A stretch of 32,000 nucleotides of DNA, taken from the NCBI GenBank assembly GCA_030696305.1, contig JAUYSP010000058.1:1-32000 (forward strand), read 5' to 3'. The notes under the pieces are model-generated. The model did no database searches, was not told where the DNA came from, and was given only the letters and a program-made list of their open reading frames with translations. Shown here one piece after another: positions 1-9,216 of the stretch; positions within the stretch are counted from its first letter, which is position 1; each line of letters opens with the position of its first letter. This stretch comes from Legionellaceae bacterium (GTDB taxonomy: Bacteria; Pseudomonadota; Gammaproteobacteria; Legionellales; Legionellaceae). The position numbers were made by a program, and so were the translations under genes.

Positions 1-217
1 CTATATTAAACATCCAACATACTATCACCAATATAAGAGGTAGTTGATTAATCCACTCAATATCCTTTGTTATGTGAATTTTCATCAAAAAACCATATGT
101 TATATCATGGGCTTCATGATATAGATTCCGAGGATTTTCTGCATCAATACTCAACCCCCAAAACGGATGGTAGCTGAATCGAGATAACTGTTTTTCGCTT
201 AATGCTAGATAACGCAT
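1..217 (-). CDS. hypothetical protein, N-terminal part only (runs off window start)
   Basis: ATG at 217-215 with GGAGA 7 nt upstream. The frame stays open for 72 codons (MRYLALSEKQLSRFSYHPFWGLSIDAENPRNLYHEAHDI...) to position 1. It starts 25 bp downstream of the 892-aa ORF on the same strand. It is absent from the ORF track, probably because it is truncated. No family recognised. Confidence 0.4.
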   Translation of the reverse strand, partial: MRYLALSEKQLSRFSYHPFWGLSIDAENPRNLYHEAHDITYGFLMKIHITKDIEWINQLPLILVIVCWMFNI

Positions 218-242
218 TGCTTTTTCTCCAAAATATTCAGTG

Positions 243-2921
243 TTATAAAGACATGCCGTGAGTAACTTGTGGCGAATCTGATGTATTTGCAGGTTCTTTG
301 ACTGGCTTCATGAAGCGATGATGGCTGGTATCTTGCGTGCTCATATCAGCTCTCTCTTGGCGCTGCTTTGTTGCATCTACGAATGGATGTTTAGCTTTTT
401 CTCTCACTTCGTCTTGGGACGTATTTAATGCATCAACGTCATTAAGCCTTTGATTGAGCTCTAAAATGGTTTGAGCATTATTTCTAAGCTCCTCATCTTG
501 CGCAAGGATAATCGCTTTCAGATGCTTTGATTCTTCCATGAGCAAACCTTCTGTTAGGCGTAACCATCTTCCGTCTAATGTCACCTCAATTATCCCTGAG
601 TCTCCTTTTTTTTCTGAAATGGTTAACAATCCAGATGAATAAAGAGAAAAGCCATGATAATACTGATGTTTTTCAAAATCTGCTTCAATCAAAAGCCGCA
701 TGAATTGCCCCGCAAATAAAATCTCAATATCTAACGGCGGTGAAGATAAAAATCCAGAATGGTGAGCATAGAGTAGATTAAATATAGCACTCACGCGTTC
801 ATACATACTTTTAAATTCATTTCGCTTCTTGCTCGGTATTTTACTTGAAAAAGTAAAAAATGCTTTATAAAAGTTCACCATTTCGTCATGATGTACACGA
901 ATATATCTTTGATAAAGATGTTTCATTTCTGGAAAACGAAAATCTGTTTTGTCCGACAATAAGTCATATGCCTTTAAAGAAAGTATAAAACTATCTGTCG
1001 CCATTTTACCTCTGATTATTTTGTCAATTAAATCATAATACTTAAGGTGAGATTTTCTATACTCCAGAATAGTCATCTGCATGTTGCTCGGTAAACGAGT
1101 GGGTCCAGGCTGGCGCTGCATCTCTATATTAAGTAAGGATGTGCTTGTCGTGACTCGTTGCTCTTTTTGTCTTTGTAGCTTATTAAATGCCTCTGATAGT
1201 GCCCTATAGTTGTCTGTGTTTTCCCTGTCATAGAAAAAACACATTCTGTCCTTTATGTCGCCAATTAGTTCCATCATTTTGTCATCTGCCTCTTCGATGG
1301 TTTGAGGTAAATCTTGGGCATTGGATTTAATTTGATTCACATAACCGGCTATTTTTCGAATGGTTTTATCCTGTGTTTTATTATCGTTGTTAATTTGATG
1401 TATCCATCTATAACAAGAATGCTCAGCTGAGTTAATGCCTTTAATACGGGTATAGGTCTGAAAATCAGAAAAATAACCTGACCAAAAACTTTTACATGTT
1501 TGCTCATAAAGATTAACATCTGCTCTAACACCGAACAATAATTCATCTAAACTCACTGTGCCAATGGGTGTCCCATAAATCCATACTTGACCATATACGT
1601 TCACCACAAATTGAGATTTTTCTAATGATTGATTTTGATAAATAATGCGTAATGTCATTCGCATTAAATCTCGCATCATCTTTAAATACCTTCGGGCTTT
1701 TTGTTCAGCAGACAGCGTATCGGAATTTTCTGTCGGATGATTTGACACCTCTTTCTTTAAACCTATAAGTTTTAGTAGTGAAAGAGATTTTTGAGGGGCC
1801 TTATCAGTTGTTCCTTTAATTTTTATTTCACTGCTCTGAGTGACCTCTGTAGCAAAATCCCAATGACCCCATTGTTTAGAGACGGCATCGCGAAGTTCAT
1901 CTCTCAGTAAACAGGGTTCATCTTCAGGGTGTTCATTTTGTAAGTGATTAATAATCATACTTGGTGTTAGTGGTACCGTTGTTTCATATGTTGATGCATC
2001 GATACCTGGTAAGGTCAATGTTTTGAATAGCCAATCGCCCAATCCAGTTTCGCGCATTTTTCGTATTTTAACATCAGATTGTTCTGGATTTTTAAATTGA
2101 GATATGTTAATCCGTTCTTGCGAGGCTCCTCTTATCATTAAAAATAACATGTTAAATGATTGTACAGCAAGGGACGAAAGCTCATTTTTTAACTTATCAA
2201 CTAAAAGATTAAAATTCACCATTTTGGAATGATTAACCAAATGTTGATGATAATCATCCATTTCTTTACTTAATCTATTTAGAAAATCATTAAAATTAGC
2301 TCGATATTTACATTTCCAATTAGATCGTGTTATTTGGCTAATCAAATGTCTACAATAATCACACCGTTTTTCGAAAGCTTCGATGACATCATCGGAAGCC
2401 TCTGGTTTATGCGGAACAATATTTAACCACCATGTAATCATTTCGGATAAAAACATGGCCTCAACACCGTCGTCTCGGGCATAAGCACCTGTTGCACGAT
2501 CAAATGTAATTGCTCGCTTGCTTAGGGATTCTAAGTATCTAGATAAAAGAGACAAAATGCTTGTGCGAGCTACATGTATAGCAGAACCATGAAACCGAAT
2601 TTCATCAATAACATTATCAAGCTGAGTTCTTACTTCTTTATAATCAAGCTCAAATGTAGGTCGGTGGTTTTCTGTAAGAGTCCAATATTCAGGACAAGTT
2701 AATCCCATTTTTTTGTATTCACTGGTTAGTATACGATGTCGCTCCAATTCATCATGACTAAATGAATAAGGTTGAAAAAACCACTTTAGGCCTTTATAAC
2801 CAGCATAAGTAACAACAGCACCAGCCGCTAACGCTGTAACACCCACTACAGCAGCGGTGATTGCAGTAGCAGAACTAGGTGCTGATGCTGTTGGCATGAT
2901 TGTAATGTTTCTATCTTGCAT
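243..2921 (-). CDS. large hypothetical protein with N-terminal membrane anchor and C-terminal coiled-coil-like region
   Basis: 892-codon ORF. An AGAGG RBS lies 8 nt upstream, abutting the stop of the preceding ORF. Residues ~10-42 (PTASAPSSATAITAAVVGVTALAAGAVVTYAGY) form a hydrophobic Ala/Thr/Val segment. A heptad-like stretch (ILAQDEELRNNAQTILELNQRLNDVDAL) and a polar tail sit at the C-terminus. No catalytic motif recognised. Confidence 0.85.
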   Translation of the reverse strand: MQDRNITIMPTASAPSSATAITAAVVGVTALAAGAVVTYAGYKGLKWFFQPYSFSHDELERHRILTSEYKKMGLTCPEYWTLTENHRPTFELDYKEVRTQLDNVIDEIRFHGSAIHVARTSILSLLSRYLESLSKRAITFDRATGAYARDDGVEAMFLSEMITWWLNIVPHKPEASDDVIEAFEKRCDYCRHLISQITRSNWKCKYRANFNDFLNRLSKEMDDYHQHLVNHSKMVNFNLLVDKLKNELSSLAVQSFNMLFLMIRGASQERINISQFKNPEQSDVKIRKMRETGLGDWLFKTLTLPGIDASTYETTVPLTPSMIINHLQNEHPEDEPCLLRDELRDAVSKQWGHWDFATEVTQSSEIKIKGTTDKAPQKSLSLLKLIGLKKEVSNHPTENSDTLSAEQKARRYLKMMRDLMRMTLRIIYQNQSLEKSQFVVNVYGQVWIYGTPIGTVSLDELLFGVRADVNLYEQTCKSFWSGYFSDFQTYTRIKGINSAEHSCYRWIHQINNDNKTQDKTIRKIAGYVNQIKSNAQDLPQTIEEADDKMMELIGDIKDRMCFFYDRENTDNYRALSEAFNKLQRQKEQRVTTSTSLLNIEMQRQPGPTRLPSNMQMTILEYRKSHLKYYDLIDKIIRGKMATDSFILSLKAYDLLSDKTDFRFPEMKHLYQRYIRVHHDEMVNFYKAFFTFSSKIPSKKRNEFKSMYERVSAIFNLLYAHHSGFLSSPPLDIEILFAGQFMRLLIEADFEKHQYYHGFSLYSSGLLTISEKKGDSGIIEVTLDGRWLRLTEGLLMEESKHLKAIILAQDEELRNNAQTILELNQRLNDVDALNTSQDEVREKAKHPFVDATKQRQERADMSTQDTSHHRFMKPVKEPANTSDSPQVTHGMSL

Positions 2922-2933
2922 GTTGCTTACCTC

Positions 2934-3956
2934 TTATAATTGGATATGATGGGGCACATTTGTAGTGATTAAGCCGTGATTTTCTGAATCTTGTATTTTT
3001 TCGTTTAGATAACATTGCAAATCATTATGTATAAAAATACGATGCGAATGGCAAAACTCATTTAGTTCATCAAACATTGAATAGTAAGGAGAAGACCAAG
3101 CTCCAGAGCATTTGATGCCTTTTTCAAGTAATTGTTTTAGTAAACTGTTGTACCAAAATTCTCTATCATTGATTTTTTCTATGATTACTTTTGCCGTGAT
3201 AATTCTCACTACATCATTACATTGAGAATGTTTGGATAATTTTTTGCTTATAAACTCAATTTCTTCTTTTCTAGCTGATGAGCGGCAAAGTACTTTAAAT
3301 GAATAAAAAATTCCAAATGAATATTTGCTATATCGGTTGTAATTTGTTTCATAACTGCGTTGATAAAGTATGGGCAGTAACTCCATATGTCTTGCTAGAC
3401 TAAATGCCGAAGAAATAACTTCATGTTCAGCAATAAAATCAGATAATTCACCTAAAACCAATTCAAACCTGGCTGAAATATCTAAAATGCGACTAATTTC
3501 TTCATTGTGCTTATTTTGATCTTGTACAGATAGATAAGATAAATTTCTCTGAAGTGCGCTTAAGTTGTGGTATAAATTAGACGCAGCTTCGGTCATCGTA
3601 ACGCAGACATCCTCTGCAATTTCTTTATATGCCTCTTCGCTTAATTGGCGTTTCTTTAGCTCTTGGCGTTGCAAGTATTCGGTTTTAGTGGTTTTAACGC
3701 AATTTTCGAAAGACTGTTTTATTTCGATGAAACTTTTAAGCTTACAACTGCAATTGTGTATTTTTTCTTGCGAAAGAGGAGCTGGTCTTCTAGATAAATG
3801 ATTATCCAGTGACTTCTGAGTAATTGTATAGTAGCGTTTGATTTGATCTAATATCTCACGTATTTTCAGAATACGATCTTGTTTGGTACCCATAAACTGC
3901 TCCATTAAGTGGTTGTATTGCGCGCATAAATTTTTTTGTTGAGCGAATTGTATCAT
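2934..3956 (-). CDS. hypothetical protein (helical-looking, Lys/Glu/Gln-rich)
   Basis: 340-codon ORF whose stop lies 12 bp before the 892-aa ORF start on the same strand. No family recognised. No clear SD at the annotated ATG, so the start is uncertain. Confidence 0.75.
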   Translation of the reverse strand: MIQFAQQKNLCAQYNHLMEQFMGTKQDRILKIREILDQIKRYYTITQKSLDNHLSRRPAPLSQEKIHNCSCKLKSFIEIKQSFENCVKTTKTEYLQRQELKKRQLSEEAYKEIAEDVCVTMTEAASNLYHNLSALQRNLSYLSVQDQNKHNEEISRILDISARFELVLGELSDFIAEHEVISSAFSLARHMELLPILYQRSYETNYNRYSKYSFGIFYSFKVLCRSSARKEEIEFISKKLSKHSQCNDVVRIITAKVIIEKINDREFWYNSLLKQLLEKGIKCSGAWSSPYYSMFDELNEFCHSHRIFIHNDLQCYLNEKIQDSENHGLITTNVPHHIQL

Positions 3957-4304
3957 TATTCATCTGTGGTATCTTTGAGAATATAGCGAGTCATTCGTTG
4001 AGATATTTCTTATTTGTGGTAGAGAAATCTCTTACATCGGGCTTTTTATATATTCATCTTATCGTAAACTTATTTGATCAGTTAGCCATGGTTTTTATAT
4101 GTGGCTCAGTGTCTGGTGTAGAAGATAACCGATGTCTCCGGAATAGACCTTATCAGGTGTTCCATTTACTCCGCACGATTTACGTCGGACTTTTGCTACC
4201 ATAGCTGAAGGATTAGATCTCCCTGCCTATGTTTTAAAGTGGTTGTTAAACCATCAAATGAATAATGATGTAACAGCCGGTTATATTATGCGAGATGAAG
4301 AGCT

Positions 4305-4796
4305 TTATGAATCACACACGTTATGTAATGTCTCGAGTACGTCTGCCACATGTCCCGTCACTTTTACATTACGCCAAACTTTCTTGATTACCCCATGCGG
4401 GTCAATCAAGAAAGTACTCCGTTCAATACCGTAATACTCTCTACCATATATCGATTTTAGCTTCATCACCGCAAATAGATTACACAGTGTTTCCTCGGAG
4501 TCACTAATTAATTCAAATGGAAATTGTTGCTTTGCCTTAAAATTTTCATGTGATTTTAAACTATCTCGAGAAACACCGAATACAACAGCATTATGTGCTA
4601 TAAAATCAGAGTACATATCACGAAAATCCTGTCCCTCAAGAGTACATCCCGAAGTCGCATCTTTAGGATAAAAATATAAAATAACCCATTTACCATGATA
4701 GTCATTAAGGTTAGCTTGTAATCCATTAGTTGCATTAAACGGACATGAAGGAACTACTTCATTTAAATTCATTATGATCTCTTTCACATATAACAT
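4305..4796 (-). CDS. bcp: thiol peroxidase / peroxiredoxin Bcp
   Basis: Collinear with E. coli Bcp as I recall it: WVILYFYPKDATSGCTLEG (peroxidatic Cys motif PKDxTxGCT) and STFLIDPHGVIKKVW. The true start is more likely the internal Met at 4772 (MNLNEV...). Confidence 0.93.
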   Translation of the reverse strand: MLYVKEIIMNLNEVVPSCPFNATNGLQANLNDYHGKWVILYFYPKDATSGCTLEGQDFRDMYSDFIAHNAVVFGVSRDSLKSHENFKAKQQFPFELISDSEETLCNLFAVMKLKSIYGREYYGIERSTFLIDPHGVIKKVWRNVKVTGHVADVLETLHNVCDS

Positions 4797-4841
4797 CGCG
4801 TATCAAAATATTATATCTGTGTTCGAAACTTATGAATAGAT

Positions 4842-5075
4842 GTGGCAGAGTTTATAGAAAATATATTTAACTTAATGAATTGCGGGCCTAATCAACCATT
4901 TATTGAAGAATTTTTGTTACATTTGGGGTTATTCGACGATATTCCAGTTCATACACATGTTTCTAAAATTTTACAAAATAGAACGGACGTGATTCTGAGA
5001 AATTTATGTTTTGAATGGTCGTCAATAACGGATAGCAGTTTTTTAAATTATCTAGAAAAAATCATTAGATTATAA
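4842..5075 (+). CDS. possible small hypothetical protein (77 aa)
   Basis: 77-codon open frame in very AT-rich DNA where stops should be frequent. It fills the gap between bcp and the GrpB-GNAT gene. GTG start, no convincing SD, no family recognised. Confidence 0.3.
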   Translation: MAEFIENIFNLMNCGPNQPFIEEFLLHLGLFDDIPVHTHVSKILQNRTDVILRNLCFEWSSITDSSFLNYLEKIIRL

Positions 5076-5092
5076 TTTGAACTTAGGAGTAT

Positions 5093-6484
5093 TTAAAAAA
5101 TTATGTGTCGTCGCGAACCATCAAGAGCAGTTGAAATCTTAATTTTGTATTCCCGAAAATGACCACATTCTTTGTATCCCAACTGGCGATAGAGCGGGTA
5201 GCCTTCGTCAGATGCTTGTAAAACGGCCACGTGATAACCAAGATCTTTGGCTCGTTTTAATCGATATTCTTGCATAGCTCTACCGTAGCCTTTTCTGCGC
5301 TCAGAAGGTGTTGTTGAAAGCCAATGTAGTCCTGCAACGTGTGCAAAATAGCAGGATGAACCACGTACCACAGGTTTTCCATCCACATATCCAACATAGT
5401 ATTCAATCGGATCATCGTGAGTTAAAATTGAGGCGATCCATGAAAAATAGGTGGTGAACGCTGTTTCATTATTAGTAAGCATTAATGCAAAATCAAGTAA
5501 TGTTTTTTCATCTATTGCGCGAATAATATTAAGTTTTGGTATAGAACAAATTTGGCCATCCCACGTATCTAAATCAAAATACATGGCACAATTGTTTTCT
5601 GTATTTTTATAGCCATGATTTTCTAAATGAGCTGATAAATTCTCTGGTCGATCCTGAGGACTAATCCACCACGAAAATGGACTATTTTTTTGAGTAAAGT
5701 AATTTGTAACTTCTGAAATTTTTTTATTCGCATCTGCCGAAGAAAAATCAGCATCTAATGCATAATTAAATGTATCATCCGCCAATTGTGAATTGACCAG
5801 AGTAAAGCCTGGTACTCGGATGAGTTCAACTTGACTTAAATATTGAGCAAAATGTGTCATTTGGACATTGAGGTTGGCCTCCATTGATTTGACCAGCTTT
5901 TCATTAGTCCAGTCTTTAGCTACTGGCCCCGTGTTTGCCGGCAAATAATTTCTTTTTCTTTTCGACCAGAGCTTGGCTTTGGTATCAATTTCTTGAACTA
6001 ATTTATCCTTTCCAGAAACATACGAGAAAATATCATCGGTAAATTGCGCAGCCAATTGAAATTTAAGCTTAGCATAATCATTAGCTATTGGGGGATGATG
6101 GATAAGGTAATCTCTGAAATTAACATGACGATTTATTTGAGGGCTTCCTCGTTCGTGTAGGTGCAAATGAAAACGGATTGCTTGTTCCTGACGTTTTGTA
6201 AAAAAGCTCACATGAGGAATGATTTGACGTTGAATTAGTTCATAGTTTAATTGGATTAATTTTTCTGAAATAAAATGAATATCATCTACGTTATCCAGGA
6301 CCAACATCATATCAATAACAGCTTTTGCGGGCATTTCAGGAATACTCGTGCTACCTATGTGATAAATTTCTTTAAGGCATGCGCCTAAAGCTTTTTGAAT
6401 GCGAAAAGCTTCATCTTTAAACAAATTAGGCCAATGTGTATCGTAAGGAAGTATTTCTACTTTATATGATGTGTGCGTTTTCAT
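5093..6484 (-). CDS. GrpB-family (nucleotidyltransferase-fold) domain fused to GNAT N-acetyltransferase
   Basis: The N-terminal ~175 aa carry GrpB/UPF0157-like motifs (HIGSTSIPEMPAKAVIDMMLVL, FHLHLHERGS, NFRDYL). The C-terminus carries a GNAT acetyl-CoA site (LSTTPSERRKGYGRAMQEYRLKRAKDLGY...YRQLGYKECG). Confidence 0.8.
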   Translation of the reverse strand: MKTHTSYKVEILPYDTHWPNLFKDEAFRIQKALGACLKEIYHIGSTSIPEMPAKAVIDMMLVLDNVDDIHFISEKLIQLNYELIQRQIIPHVSFFTKRQEQAIRFHLHLHERGSPQINRHVNFRDYLIHHPPIANDYAKLKFQLAAQFTDDIFSYVSGKDKLVQEIDTKAKLWSKRKRNYLPANTGPVAKDWTNEKLVKSMEANLNVQMTHFAQYLSQVELIRVPGFTLVNSQLADDTFNYALDADFSSADANKKISEVTNYFTQKNSPFSWWISPQDRPENLSAHLENHGYKNTENNCAMYFDLDTWDGQICSIPKLNIIRAIDEKTLLDFALMLTNNETAFTTYFSWIASILTHDDPIEYYVGYVDGKPVVRGSSCYFAHVAGLHWLSTTPSERRKGYGRAMQEYRLKRAKDLGYHVAVLQASDEGYPLYRQLGYKECGHFREYKIKISTALDGSRRHIIF

Positions 6485-6569
6485 TATATTTTCCTATAAA
6501 GAAGCAAAAGGGCCTCATCCTGCGTAGAGTAGTACAATGATTTGCTAAGGTATGTAAATTTCTATCGTT

Positions 6570-7982
6570 CTATTTTTTAATCATTTTATAATATGAAAGC
6601 GCTTTGTTTCTTGCTTCAGCATGATCAATAATGGGCTCAGGATAATCCTTACCTAAGCATAATCCAAGTTTGTTTTGTGGTGCCATCCATGGCTTATGAA
6701 TCCATTGGATAGGGACATCTTTAAGTTCAGGAACCCATCGCTTAACATAAGCCCCATTAGGATCAAATTTTTCGCCCTGTAATGTGGGATTAAAGATCCG
6801 GAAATAGGGTGCGGCATCGGCTCCAGATCCAGCAACCCATTGCCAACTAGCTGAATTATTGGCTAAGTCGGCATCAACTAACGTATCCAAAAACCAACTC
6901 GCCCCCAAGCGCCAGTCAATTAATAAATCTTTTGTTAAAAAGGAAGCTACAATCATGCGTACTCGATTATGCATATAACCGGTATGCCATAGTTCTCTCA
7001 TACCGGCATCTATAATAGGATATCCGGTTTTTCCTTCTTGCCAACACTTTAAAGATATATCGTCATTTTCCCAGGGGAAAGCATTAAAGTCAGATTTGAA
7101 ATTTGCATTGGGAAGCGTAGGGCTATGATAAAGTAAATGATAGGAAAATTCTCTCCAGCCTATTTCAGATAAGAAGCGCTCCACCGATTTTAAATCACAA
7201 GATTGGTCTAATTTAACCGTTTCAATAGCTCGCCAAACTTGCCATGGACTGATTTCACCAAAATGTAAGTGAGGAGAAAGTTTTGAGGTTGTATCTTCGG
7301 CCGGTTCATCACGAGAGGCGCTGTAGCCTTTAAGATTAATATCAATAAAATCGGCTAGTTTTATGTGAGCGCCTTCTTCGCCAGGTTGCCAATAATCTCC
7401 AAACGCTTTAGCCCAATTTGGTTTGGTAGGTAGTAGTTTCCAGCTGGCAAGCGATTCGCTATTAACCTCCAATCTTTGAGGGATATTGGATATCTTACAT
7501 TGCTCAGGAATGGTCATTTGTTTTAAACAAGCCCGCCAAAATGGCGTGAAAACTTTAAAAAAATGTCCTGCCAAATTTGATATTTGCCAAGGCTCATTAA
7601 GCAAACTACCATTCGAACTTATCATGCGGATACCAGCTTTTTGAAAAAATTCTTTTATCGCCGTGTCACGCGCTATTGCAGCAGGCTCATAACAACGATT
7701 CCAATAGATAGTTTCAATTTGATAGTCTCGGACTAACTGTTCTAAAATATCCAAGGCCTTCCCTTGGCGCAGGCACAAGTCCAGTCCAATTTTTTTTAAG
7801 CTTTCATTTAACGATGTTAAACTATGATGAAGCCACCATCGCTGAGCCCCGCCTATAGGTGAGGTAGCTTCATCTAAGATATATATTGGGATAATAGCAT
7901 GATGACGACAGGCATCTGTGAATGCAGGATTATCATCAAGACGCAAATCTTGTCGGAACCATACGATAGCATTAGACTTCAT
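6570..7982 (-). CDS. phrB: deoxyribodipyrimidine photo-lyase (class I CPD photolyase)
   Basis: Photolyase FAD-binding signatures TGYPIIDAGMRELWHTGYMHNRVRMIVASFL and WQWVAGSGADAAPYFRIFNP. N-terminal WFRQDLRLDDNPA. Confidence 0.95.
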   Translation of the reverse strand: MKSNAIVWFRQDLRLDDNPAFTDACRHHAIIPIYILDEATSPIGGAQRWWLHHSLTSLNESLKKIGLDLCLRQGKALDILEQLVRDYQIETIYWNRCYEPAAIARDTAIKEFFQKAGIRMISSNGSLLNEPWQISNLAGHFFKVFTPFWRACLKQMTIPEQCKISNIPQRLEVNSESLASWKLLPTKPNWAKAFGDYWQPGEEGAHIKLADFIDINLKGYSASRDEPAEDTTSKLSPHLHFGEISPWQVWRAIETVKLDQSCDLKSVERFLSEIGWREFSYHLLYHSPTLPNANFKSDFNAFPWENDDISLKCWQEGKTGYPIIDAGMRELWHTGYMHNRVRMIVASFLTKDLLIDWRLGASWFLDTLVDADLANNSASWQWVAGSGADAAPYFRIFNPTLQGEKFDPNGAYVKRWVPELKDVPIQWIHKPWMAPQNKLGLCLGKDYPEPIIDHAEARNKALSYYKMIKK

Positions 7983-8069
7983 TTTTAATCAGCATCCTGT
8001 GACATTTGTAGAAATATGAAATAGTTATCCTAATTTATAATTAAGTAAAGTGCGAACTAACGATATTGT

Positions 8070-9101
8070 TCAGGGATTAGATCTTACTGATAATACATCG
8101 TCATTGAGTTCATCTTTAATGTCATTGGACACGAGTTTAGATCGCATAGATAATATTGTACGTTTATCTAAAGGAAAATCTACAGTCCATGGATGTTCTG
8201 GTTTATGATTAAAAAATAAAAATCCTTTTTTATCTTTGTTAGAAGTACAACTTTGTTTAAGTTCTTCAGGGGTAGTTTTTATATTAAATTTATCGTCGAC
8301 GACTTGTACTGCTTCGTCGTAATCTTCCAATACTTTTTCTTCATAACCGATGGTAGTTTTTTCTGTATATTTTAATTGATTTGTTGCAGCGAACCAAAAT
8401 AAAGAGCGCCGTCCCTGTGGTAGAATACGTCCCATAAATAAACTGTCATCTCGAATAGCGAGCGTAGGAAAATGTTGCACAAGTTTCATTAAATTGGATT
8501 CAATTTTATCTTGTTTTAATGGGGATAAATTTGTTTGTATTAAAGTAAGCCACCCATTTTCTGTCCTTCTTTCCAGAACGTAGAGTTTTTCTTCTTCGAG
8601 ATAATAAAATCGAAATTCGTCAGGGGATTGTATTACTGGCTCGTAATTGCCGCTGACTAGAATGGGTAGCCTCGGAGCCTGACTACTTAAACCTGGGTCG
8701 AGAAAGTAGGACTGTCCTTCGATTGTGACTTTCAAAACCAGATGTGTTGGTGGAAATTTAAGTATTTTCGTCGCATTTACCTCGGCCCCCATTAGCACAC
8801 GAGCTTCACATGCATCAACTTGATATTCAAATTTTATCAATATGTCTTTTAGCAAGACCGCAAGTTGATAACAATATCCTCCAGAAGGTTCGGAAAATAC
8901 GTTTTTATAATCCGCCAAATATAAATTTCGTTGTAATGGATGTTGCGAACCCTGTTGTCTTAATTTGATGTTGCTATAAGGGAATGTCAAAATATGCGCT
9001 AAATAGATTGCATTTAATCGTTCAACGGGGGATAAGTTTCTTAAATTCGTTTCATTTAATCCAACTTTACTTAAGTATGTAGATAATTCAATTTCTTTCA
9101 T
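8070..9101 (-). CDS. arylamine N-acetyltransferase (NAT) with C-terminal extension
   Basis: NAT catalytic-triad context: SGGYCYQLA (Cys), PTHLVLKV (His), YFLDPGLS (Asp). At 343 aa it is longer than the ~260-290 aa I recall for bacterial NATs. Confidence 0.85.
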   Translation of the reverse strand: MKEIELSTYLSKVGLNETNLRNLSPVERLNAIYLAHILTFPYSNIKLRQQGSQHPLQRNLYLADYKNVFSEPSGGYCYQLAVLLKDILIKFEYQVDACEARVLMGAEVNATKILKFPPTHLVLKVTIEGQSYFLDPGLSSQAPRLPILVSGNYEPVIQSPDEFRFYYLEEEKLYVLERRTENGWLTLIQTNLSPLKQDKIESNLMKLVQHFPTLAIRDDSLFMGRILPQGRRSLFWFAATNQLKYTEKTTIGYEEKVLEDYDEAVQVVDDKFNIKTTPEELKQSCTSNKDKKGFLFFNHKPEHPWTVDFPLDKRTILSMRSKLVSNDIKDELNDDVLSVRSNP

Positions 9102-9216
9102 TAATCACCTAGTAGGAAATATCAATAGTTTTGATCTTTTTTGTAGCATACTTATATTCTACCTGATTAGAATGATTACCAACAAGATGTGAGTTGACGT
9201 CTTTTTCGCCATTAGT

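Noticed and set aside
594-605. GDSG motif in the 892-aa protein as a serine-protease or GDSL-hydrolase active site
   Set aside because: It is an isolated tetrapeptide (KKGDSGIIEV). There is no GDSGGP context, no His/Asp partners in a recognisable arrangement, and the position is wrong for GDSL enzymes.
3998-4035. Imperfect inverted repeat gagatatttct...agagaaatctc upstream of the 340-aa gene as an operator
   Set aside because: The arms pair only with bulges or mismatches beyond 5 bp. In AT-rich DNA this is within chance expectation.
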